This document shows, one piece after another, positions 8,818 through 15,595 of a stretch of 24,535 nt of DNA; position 1 is the stretch's first letter, and every line of letters begins with the position of its first letter. Source of the stretch: a virus (lineage: Duplodnaviria; Caudoviricetes); IMG/VR virus record IMGVR_UViG_3300022602_000410, positions 1-24,535 of that record; one strand, 5' to 3'. The position numbers and the translations under genes were made by a program. The notes beneath the pieces were generated by a model. It ran no database searches, had not been told where the DNA came from, and was given only the letters and a program-made list of their open reading frames with translations.

Positions 8818-9920
8818 AATATTCAAACGGATTTATACAGATGTTGACCGAAGGTGCACGTACTCCGCACCCCGAAGACTTTATCTTTCAAGGCAGTGAA
8901 TCGGCAATGGCCGTGCTCGATGCCATGGCCGGTGCTGTACAAAAGCCACAGTCGGTAACAATCAAATGGGACGGCTCGCCGGCCATAGTGTTTGGACGCA
9001 GAACCACTGATGGTAAGTTCACCATGAACTACAAAGAGTACATTGGCAATCCCGGCGGACAAGTCACAAGCGCACAAGAACTGTTGCAGTACTATCAACA
9101 GAATGGCAAAAACATGACCGTGGGCGAAAAGTTGGCCAAAGCATTTAATGCCGTGGGTTCAATATGTCCTCCCGCATTTAAAGGTTTTGTTCAGGGCGAT
9201 CTAATGTGGACCGAGCCCGGTGTCGACATTATTGAAGACGATGGTAAGTTTGTTTTTAAACCAAACCCACACGGGGTAACATATAAAGTGCCGGCCAATA
9301 GCGATGTAGGCAAACAAATTGTTGGGCGACAAATCGGTCTAGCAGTACACAGTTACGGCAGTGACATACAGGCCAGTGCCGATACCCCCTTGGTAGGAAG
9401 ACAAACCATGGACGGGCTAGGTGGACTAACTGGAACAAATCAATACATCACGGTGTTCACCGGCAACATGAATACTAGATTTCGAATGAAAACCCCGACT
9501 AGATTGATAGATTCTGCTAAACGAGCAATTAATAATTTTTCCATAGCCGGCGGCAATGACTTTTTGGCAAGCCTAACCGGCTCTAGTAAATCGGCTCTCC
9601 AAACCTACTACAATAGAAAAGTCACCGGGCAAGCAGTAGACGGTAACTGGCTACAAAGCAAGTTGTCAAAGCCACAGTTTGCAGTATTTGCCGCAAAAGA
9701 AAACAAGCCCATTGTACAGGCACTAGACCAAGTTTACAGTGCAATAACCGCAGTTAAACTGGCACTTTTGGCCGAATTAGAGCCACAAGTTGGTGGCATA
9801 GAGCAATACGTGGGCGATACTCCCAAGGGCGAAGGATTCAACATCGACAGTCCTGTGGGCTTTATAAAACTAGTAAATCGCGGAGTTTTTAGTGCCGCTA
9901 ATTTCGCAGGAAGAGCATAG
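8814..9920 (+). CDS. ATP-dependent ligase-fold (RNA ligase-like) protein, resembling DUF6267 phage proteins
   Basis: Motif I TIKWDGS (KxDG), motif III-like VQGDL, motif IV GEGF, motif V-like IKLVNR. Confidence 0.65.
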   Translation: MKYSNGFIQMLTEGARTPHPEDFIFQGSESAMAVLDAMAGAVQKPQSVTIKWDGSPAIVFGRRTTDGKFTMNYKEYIGNPGGQVTSAQELLQYYQQNGKNMTVGEKLAKAFNAVGSICPPAFKGFVQGDLMWTEPGVDIIEDDGKFVFKPNPHGVTYKVPANSDVGKQIVGRQIGLAVHSYGSDIQASADTPLVGRQTMDGLGGLTGTNQYITVFTGNMNTRFRMKTPTRLIDSAKRAINNFSIAGGNDFLASLTGSSKSALQTYYNRKVTGQAVDGNWLQSKLSKPQFAVFAAKENKPIVQALDQVYSAITAVKLALLAELEPQVGGIEQYVGDTPKGEGFNIDSPVGFIKLVNRGVFSAANFAGRA

Positions 9921-9935
9921 GTTTTTTAAAGAAAA

Positions 9936-9943
9936 GCTAAATA
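9936..9943 (+). promoter_or_regulatory. T4-like late promoter box (GCTAAATA)
   Basis: Intergenic, upstream of the palindrome AGTCCTAGGACT (9953-9964) and the AAGGA SD of ORF 9989. Confidence 0.7.
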
Positions 9944-9988
9944 TTTACATGCAGTCCTAGGACTCATTATTTTTAAAGGAAAAAGAAA

Positions 9989-10417
9989 ATGGCAATTTTT
10001 ACAAGAATTAACGGCGACGCAGCTGGTGTATTAAACGTTGACGCAGGTCGTTCGTTTGCAAACGGTGCAGTTATCAATACAGGTATTGCAGCTCCAATTA
10101 CATTCACTAAAGTTACTCTAACAAACGGTAACTTGGCAGCTGAATTAACAACAGGTGGTGCAGTAGAATCTATTATTCGTGCAGTAGAGCAAAATGCTAC
10201 TGTATTGGCATACCAAGTTGATAGCACACCACAAATCAGTATCATTACTGAGCGTAGTGGTTGGGCTAGCGATGCAGCTATCCAAGCATTTATTATTAGC
10301 TCAGCTTATGTTGCTACTGGTAACGTAAACTATTATGCTAACGTTACAGCTTCTAACGTATACTTAGGCCCAGCTCAAGTTACAGTTTCAAGCTCAAACG
10401 GCTTCAAATTAGCTTAA
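9989..10417 (+). CDS. putative abundant virion structural protein (decoration-like)
   Basis: Own late promoter, SD and terminator; strong GCA/GCT/GGT/AAC codon bias; Ala/Thr/Ser/Asn-rich, no Cys. Confidence 0.6.
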   Translation: MAIFTRINGDAAGVLNVDAGRSFANGAVINTGIAAPITFTKVTLTNGNLAAELTTGGAVESIIRAVEQNATVLAYQVDSTPQISIITERSGWASDAAIQAFIISSAYVATGNVNYYANVTASNVYLGPAQVTVSSSNGFKLA

Positions 10418-10432
10418 TCTAAATTAGATTAG

Positions 10433-10463
10433 AACAAAAACCCACTTAGGTGGGTTTTTTGTT
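10433..10463 (+). terminator. rho-independent terminator (probably bidirectional)
   Basis: AACAAAAA-CCCAC-TTAG-GTGGG-TTTTTTGTT. Confidence 0.9.
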
Positions 10464-10464
10464 G

Positions 10465-10472
10465 ACTAAATA
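10465..10472 (+). promoter_or_regulatory. T4-like late promoter box (ACTAAATA)
   Basis: Directly after the terminator; the ATG of the next gene begins 6 nt after the box ends. Confidence 0.7.
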
Positions 10473-10477
10473 TTCTT

Positions 10478-10885
10478 ATGTCAATATACACTCTTTACAC
10501 CTTGGTAGATATCACTCCCACAGGAATGACTCGTGGTGCGGAATGTCTTGAAAGAAGTCAACAACGCAATTGGGAAACAGTTCTACAGGCAATAGGCCTA
10601 GTGGCACAACCCACATCAATCATTGACTGTGACCAAATTGTCATTGATGTTAAATGGACCGAATTCGGAGAATTCTTTGAAGGCGAGCATAAAATTTGGA
10701 GCTGGAGATTTTCAGTCGAACACAGTGATGTATTTGAACGAGGCGATAATCCAGTGGCTAGATTAGAAGAAGTATTTGAACAAGTGCCGATCATAACCGG
10801 ACTTGAAGAAACCGCACGATTCATGCTACCTATCTTTTATCCCTATGGTGCTATCAAAAATATATACTTTAAGAAAAATATATAG
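10478..10885 (+). CDS. hypothetical phage protein
   Basis: 135-aa ORF between two late promoter boxes; no recognisable catalytic motif. Confidence 0.7.
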   Translation: MSIYTLYTLVDITPTGMTRGAECLERSQQRNWETVLQAIGLVAQPTSIIDCDQIVIDVKWTEFGEFFEGEHKIWSWRFSVEHSDVFERGDNPVARLEEVFEQVPIITGLEETARFMLPIFYPYGAIKNIYFKKNI

Positions 10886-10887
10886 TC

Positions 10888-10895
10888 GATAAATA
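10888..10895 (+). promoter_or_regulatory. T4-like late promoter box (GATAAATA)
   Basis: Intergenic TAAATA core upstream of ORF 10984. Confidence 0.65.
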
Positions 10896-10983
10896 CTAAT
10901 TGATGCTCAGGCACCGCATAGGCTCATATTAAGGCACACATTAAGGCATATTTAGAAGCGTCGTAATACCACGAAAGAACAAG

Positions 10984-11241
10984 ATGGCCGGTACGGAAAT
11001 TGAAAAGAAAAGCCTAGAGGCGCACGTAGAGTTATGTGCTGAAAGGTATAATAGTTTGGAAACAAAATTAAACAATCTAGAAACCCGTATGGACAAACTA
11101 GAGACACATCTGTTGGACATTAAAGAGAGTTTAACAGAAAAATCTGATGGCCCATATAAAACTATAATCACAATCGGAACCAGTATACTGGGTGTCATGA
11201 TAGCAGGTATCATAACTCTATTAGCGACCCACTTCAAATAA
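10984..11241 (+). CDS. coiled-coil protein with C-terminal transmembrane helix (XhlA/holin-like architecture)
   Basis: Heptads LETKLNNLETRMDKLETHL; hydrophobic IITIGTSILGVMIAGIITLLA. Confidence 0.6.
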   Translation: MAGTEIEKKSLEAHVELCAERYNSLETKLNNLETRMDKLETHLLDIKESLTEKSDGPYKTIITIGTSILGVMIAGIITLLATHFK

Positions 11242-11244
11242 ATT

Positions 11245-11454
11245 ATGCGAATCGTAGAACTATTAAATAACATTACATTACCCATTACCAATGAAGAAGC
11301 GGAAGTATTAGATTTATTAAATGACCGCAAAGCATTGCCCAAATCCGAACTAGATGCTAGACAACAGATTATGGCAAATCATTTGGTAAACAAGGATGTA
11401 TTGTATAGAATCAACGAAAATGGTCGCATCAGCTACAAAAAAAGAATACGCTAA
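11245..11454 (+). CDS. hypothetical small protein
   Basis: 69-aa ORF packed between neighbours; possible winged-helix-like pattern (weak). Confidence 0.6.
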   Translation: MRIVELLNNITLPITNEEAEVLDLLNDRKALPKSELDARQQIMANHLVNKDVLYRINENGRISYKKRIR

Positions 11455-11938
11455 ACAAGCACGAGAAGTAATAGAACTTACCGCCAGATTTCTCGGCGAA
11501 TGGACCGAACAACAGGTCCAACAAATAGCAATAAAAGAAAATACCCCTTATATTTGGCCCTTGGGCAACTCGGGATATGCCATTGGCAATCGCCGAATCC
11601 TAGCCGATCACGGATATTGGCAGTTACAAAACACAATGCAAGAAAAGGTGCACATATTTGACAATAAATTGAGTGCAGTGTTCTATTGCTTATGTGAACA
11701 AAAGGGCTATAACAAATTATCAGAATCGATTAGAAGTGCCGACTCGGTGGTGCTGAAATTAAAAAATGATGTTGTTCACTACGAAGCCAGTGTGGAACGG
11801 GCAATTAAAAGTCGGAAATCGGATAGCATAAATATTTGGAGTGCACGATTAGATGATGCAAGATTGCGCCTAAAAACCGCAAATAATCAATTGCAGAAAT
11901 CGTTAACAAGTGCTAAATATATAAAATATTGGGAATAA
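11420..11938 (+). CDS. hypothetical protein with C-terminal coiled coil
   Basis: The ORF track starts at TTG 11396; the in-frame ATG at 11420 (MVASATKK) gives less overlap and is preferred. Confidence 0.65.
   Translation: MVASATKKEYAKQAREVIELTARFLGEWTEQQVQQIAIKENTPYIWPLGNSGYAIGNRRILADHGYWQLQNTMQEKVHIFDNKLSAVFYCLCEQKGYNKLSESIRSADSVVLKLKNDVVHYEASVERAIKSRKSDSINIWSARLDDARLRLKTANNQLQKSLTSAKYIKYWE
11912..11919 (+). promoter_or_regulatory. T4-like late promoter box (GCTAAATA) embedded in the upstream CDS end
   Basis: About 25 nt upstream of ATG 11945. Confidence 0.6.
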
Positions 11939-11944
11939 GTAACC

Positions 11945-12634
11945 ATGCGATTATCAGAAATGACAAACCAGCCTAGAGCTAATAAAATTAACCGAGTAGT
12001 TGAAAGCCGCTTTGGTTTTAAAATAGATTATGACAACCTAACGTTCAAGAAAGCCTATACGTTAGCAAAAGGAATTACCGAGAGCCTTAGCCAAGTCAAG
12101 CGTTCTCATGATGCACACACAATCCAACAGAATCCCAAGTACATGGAATTGCTAATGGTTCGTGAAAGTTTGAACCGTTGGATGGTAGAGAATAAGCAAC
12201 AGCTTATAGTAGAGAGTGAAATGGCCAAAGCCGAAGCAACGCTGGCCGCAAAAGATATGGTTGATAGCATTCAAGACATGCTAGAGAAGATTGGTAAAAT
12301 GCAGAACGAACAATTGCCTGCGCTCCTAGATACAATCCGTGACCAAATAGGTGAGCAACAAGCAGAAGCCTTCAAGGGATCTGTGACACCACTTCTACAA
12401 CAACTATGGCAACAACTAAGTGATGGTCGTGCAAGTGCCGACAGTGCAGCACGTGCACTAACTGGTGAAGCTACTCCAGACATGGGCATGGGCGGTGGAA
12501 TGCCCGGTGGCGAAATGGGTGCTCCAGCCCCGGCAATGGGAGCTGCTCCCGAGCCAGAACCAGCTGGTGATGCATTTGGCGGAACAGATGCTGCAGCCGG
12601 TGGCGAAGAAGAATTAGGTAGAGAGCGTCGTTAA
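11945..12634 (+). CDS. hypothetical helical protein with acidic Gly/Pro-rich tail, candidate prohead core/scaffold-type protein
   Basis: MRLSEM N-terminus, internal LIVESE, long amphipathic helices, tail ending LGRERR. Confidence 0.55.
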   Translation: MRLSEMTNQPRANKINRVVESRFGFKIDYDNLTFKKAYTLAKGITESLSQVKRSHDAHTIQQNPKYMELLMVRESLNRWMVENKQQLIVESEMAKAEATLAAKDMVDSIQDMLEKIGKMQNEQLPALLDTIRDQIGEQQAEAFKGSVTPLLQQLWQQLSDGRASADSAARALTGEATPDMGMGGGMPGGEMGAPAPAMGAAPEPEPAGDAFGGTDAAAGGEEELGRERR

Positions 12635-13074
12635 TGCGTTATAGAGAATTCGCATTAGTTGAAAATCCCGTAGATGAACCCGAAGATCTTTCGGCTTACA
12701 TCGAGGATGATCTTGATCCGACTACAATGTCGGCATTGATGGATGTGTTGCATCGTGTACAGGCAAATGCCAAAGATGCAACAATTCCAAAAATCTCAAG
12801 AGAAGCCTTGATACGATTGGTACAAAACATGCCCGGTGGCGAATCCTTTGACAAGAACGCATTGGATCAAGCCAAGGACAAAGACGATACAGTTAAAAAC
12901 ATTATTAAATCAATTGACGAAGATGACAATGGTGTAATGTATGTTTACATCAACCCGGTAGAACCAATGGACGACCCCGACGCAGGTATGCCTGCAGGAG
13001 CAACTCCAACTCAAACTGCTCCAGAAAAAACAGTTAGCGCAATGGCTAATCGTGCCCTAGGCAGTCGCTCATAA
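12634..13074 (+). CDS. hypothetical acidic protein, candidate head-associated protein
   Basis: TAATG coupling; N-terminus MRYREFALVE. Confidence 0.6.
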   Translation: MRYREFALVENPVDEPEDLSAYIEDDLDPTTMSALMDVLHRVQANAKDATIPKISREALIRLVQNMPGGESFDKNALDQAKDKDDTVKNIIKSIDEDDNGVMYVYINPVEPMDDPDAGMPAGATPTQTAPEKTVSAMANRALGSRS

Positions 13075-13077
13075 TCA

Positions 13078-13106
13078 TTGACAATCCAAAATAAATAATT
13101 TATAAT
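13078..13106 (+). promoter_or_regulatory. perfect-consensus sigma70 promoter
   Basis: TTGACA (13078-13083), 17-bp spacer, TATAAT (13101-13106); AAGGAG SD before ATG 13128. Confidence 0.9.
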
Positions 13107-13127
13107 ACTTACTATAAGGAGAGTATC

Positions 13128-13445
13128 ATGAAGAAAGTCCTATCACTATTAATTCTAACTTCGGCGTTAACTGCCGGTGCCGAAGCCTGTTGCTATCGCG
13201 GCGGATATTATCATCATGGATACAACGGTGGTTGGGTAGCACCTGCTTTGATTGGTGGCGTTATTGGATATGAAATGGCACAACCTCGCACAGTGGTTGT
13301 TGAGCAACCGCCTGCAGTTGTTTACACACAACCTCCAATGGTGGTACCGCAACCGGGTTATGCACCTCCTCCAGTGGGCTATCACTATCAACAAATGGTT
13401 AACCCACAAACAAATCAATATCAATTAGTATTGGTACCAAACTAA
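13128..13445 (+). CDS. exported/membrane proline-rich small protein
   Basis: Signal peptide MKKVLSLLILTSALTAGAEA, glycine-zipper-like WVAPALIGGVIG, Pro/Val/Gln-rich tail. Confidence 0.7.
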   Translation: MKKVLSLLILTSALTAGAEACCYRGGYYHHGYNGGWVAPALIGGVIGYEMAQPRTVVVEQPPAVVYTQPPMVVPQPGYAPPPVGYHYQQMVNPQTNQYQLVLVPN

Positions 13446-13446
13446 A

Positions 13447-13578
13447 ATGAAACTACGCAAACTACGCCGTAAGTTATACATTGCCATCTTTAGGCACGAC
13501 CTAAAACGCGAGCAAAAGATTTGGTATAAAATTCTTAAAAAGTCAATTAAGAAAAAACACACAACGGACATTAGATAA
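13447..13578 (+). CDS. 43-aa highly basic peptide (absent from the ORF track)
   Basis: Translates as MKLRKLRRKLYIAIFRHDLKREQKIWYKILKKSIKKKHTTDIR*. It fills the gap exactly and its stop overlaps the iscU start (TAATG). Confidence 0.7.
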   Translation: MKLRKLRRKLYIAIFRHDLKREQKIWYKILKKSIKKKHTTDIR

Positions 13579-13964
13579 TGGCTTATTCAGATAAAGTTAT
13601 TGACCACTACGAGAACCCACGCAATGTGGGTTCGTTCGCTCGGGACGAAACAGGTGTAGGTACTGGTATGGTAGGTGCGCCGGCTTGTGGTGATGTAATG
13701 AAACTACAGATAAAGGTCGAGAATGGAATCATCACAGACGCCAGATTCAAGACATATGGTTGTGGTTCAGCGATTGCGTCAAGCTCTCTTGTTACAGAAT
13801 GGGTTAAAGGCAAAACGTTGGACGAAGCAAGAACTATCAATAATAGCGCAATTGCTGAGGAACTTGCTCTCCCACCAGTCAAGATCCACTGTTCAATACT
13901 TGCCGAAGACGCCATCAAAGCGGCAGTAGACGACTACAAGGCCAAGAATGCCGAATCGGCCTAA
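13578..13964 (+). CDS. iscU: Fe-S cluster assembly scaffold IscU
   Basis: MAYSDKVIDHYENPRNVG, APACGD, FKTYGCGSAIASSS, LPPVKIHCS. Confidence 0.97.
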   Translation: MAYSDKVIDHYENPRNVGSFARDETGVGTGMVGAPACGDVMKLQIKVENGIITDARFKTYGCGSAIASSSLVTEWVKGKTLDEARTINNSAIAEELALPPVKIHCSILAEDAIKAAVDDYKAKNAESA

Positions 13965-14577
13965 CATTGTTATTTTTGCTTATCCCGGATACACAGGCGG
14001 TAAATTTTTAATAAATTGTTTGGGACTTAGCGACAGTTGTTGCTTTCAAGACATACACTTGGTCGAGCAACAACTCAACAATCAATTCTCCCCACAAGAC
14101 AAAATCAATTACTTACTAGACAAACTGGCCAGTACTGTTACTTGGCAAGATCTAAATCTTGGCGATTGGCAACTGTTTGGAGTTGATTGGCACAATTTAA
14201 CAGATCGACCCGAATTATTTGATCATGACAAATTACTGTTTACAGTTGCACACGATCGAGAACGATTAACCGAATTAGTAAACAAGTTTCCTTCAAGTCC
14301 TCGTGTTTATTTTATAAAAAATCAAAAGTTTTTAGATTGGAGATTTAAAAATAATTCTCGTAACGGAGAATTTTATAATGACTATATCTTAGACAATTTA
14401 GAATTAATTAATAATTGGGACTCGGATGATTTTTTAGACAAGGAAATTTGCATAAACAAAATAAAAATGTTTTACAACAAGTTTGGATTAACCGACTTCA
14501 ATCAAATTTTTATAGAAGCATACTATGATAAGTATATTTCAACGTTGGAAAAATTAAAAAATGATTCAACTCACTGA
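13948..14577 (+). CDS. hypothetical AT-rich protein, possible P-loop/sulfotransferase-like fold
   Basis: IVIFAYPGYTGGKFL strand-loop-helix at the N-terminus; sits between iscU and iscA. Confidence 0.6.
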   Translation: MPNRPNIVIFAYPGYTGGKFLINCLGLSDSCCFQDIHLVEQQLNNQFSPQDKINYLLDKLASTVTWQDLNLGDWQLFGVDWHNLTDRPELFDHDKLLFTVAHDRERLTELVNKFPSSPRVYFIKNQKFLDWRFKNNSRNGEFYNDYILDNLELINNWDSDDFLDKEICINKIKMFYNKFGLTDFNQIFIEAYYDKYISTLEKLKNDSTH

Positions 14578-14884
14578 AGCTGCAAAAACAAAAATAAAAA
14601 AACTCTTAGACAAACGTGGCGGAGTTGGAATCCGTCTTGGAGTTAAAACAACAGGTTGCAGTGGACTTGCTTATGTGTTAGAATACGTAGATGCTTATCC
14701 CAATGACAATACATTAATCAATTATGCACAAACCGAGTTTGCAGTATTTGTAGATAAAAAGTCAGATGTTTATTTGACCGGCATGACAGTAGACTATGTA
14801 CGAGAAGGCCTAAACGAAGGATTCAAGTTCAACAACCCCAATGAACGTGACCGTTGTGGTTGCGGAGAAAGTTTTAGAATATAA
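14561..14884 (+). CDS. iscA: A-type Fe-S carrier IscA (HesB family)
   Basis: IRLGVKTTGCSGLAY; C-terminal FNNPN...CGCGESF. Confidence 0.95.
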   Translation: MIQLTEAAKTKIKKLLDKRGGVGIRLGVKTTGCSGLAYVLEYVDAYPNDNTLINYAQTEFAVFVDKKSDVYLTGMTVDYVREGLNEGFKFNNPNERDRCGCGESFRI

Positions 14885-15594
14885 TGATAAAATCTCAATA
14901 CAATTATACACCAATTTCAAGAACCACAGTAGATGGCAAACGACATTATTGTTTGCCCGATGGTAGCAAAGTTCCCAGCGTAACAACTATCTTGGACCGT
15001 ACTGCTCCTGCAGAAAAACGCGAAGCACTACAAAACTGGCGCAATGCCATTGGACATGAACGTGCACAACAGATAACTACAGAGGCTGCCAACCGTGGTA
15101 CACGTATGCACAGTTATCTAGAAGCATACATTCTTAGCGATGACATGAAACCTTTGCCCACTAACCCCTACGCACATCCCTCGTGGTTCATGGCCGCACA
15201 AGTAATACTGGAAGGCTTGTGCAATGTGGATGAATTTTGGGGCAGTGAAGTTCCTGTTTATTACAGTGGCCTGTATGCAGGTACTACAGACTGTATTGGA
15301 GTATGGAAAGGTAAGCCTGCTATCTTAGATTTTAAACAAAGCAACCGAGTCAAAAAGCGCGAGAACATTGGCGATTACTTTATTCAACTTGCTGCCTATG
15401 CAGCAGCACACAATGAAACATATGGTACTGAGATCGATACTGGTGTAATTTTGATGGCAGTTCAGCCTAAATTACTTGAAGATCAGACATATAGCAAGCC
15501 CGAATACCTTGAATTTGTTATCGAAGGAGACGAGTTTCGGTACTGGACTGCGGAGTGGATGAAACGTGTTGAATTGTATTATCTAATGGCCTAA
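14884..15594 (+). CDS. PD-(D/E)xK exonuclease (RecB-like / MGME1-like)
   Basis: PSVTTIL, RGTRMH, YAGTTDC, ILDFKQS, QLAAYA. Confidence 0.85.
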   Translation: MIKSQYNYTPISRTTVDGKRHYCLPDGSKVPSVTTILDRTAPAEKREALQNWRNAIGHERAQQITTEAANRGTRMHSYLEAYILSDDMKPLPTNPYAHPSWFMAAQVILEGLCNVDEFWGSEVPVYYSGLYAGTTDCIGVWKGKPAILDFKQSNRVKKRENIGDYFIQLAAYAAAHNETYGTEIDTGVILMAVQPKLLEDQTYSKPEYLEFVIEGDEFRYWTAEWMKRVELYYLMA

Positions 15595-15595
15595 T

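Noticed and set aside
14884-15594. Exonuclease as Cas4 with an Fe-S cluster, given its position beside iscA
   Set aside because: It lacks the four-Cys arrangement with a C-terminal CxxC cluster typical of Cas4/AddB; no cas genes or arrays nearby.
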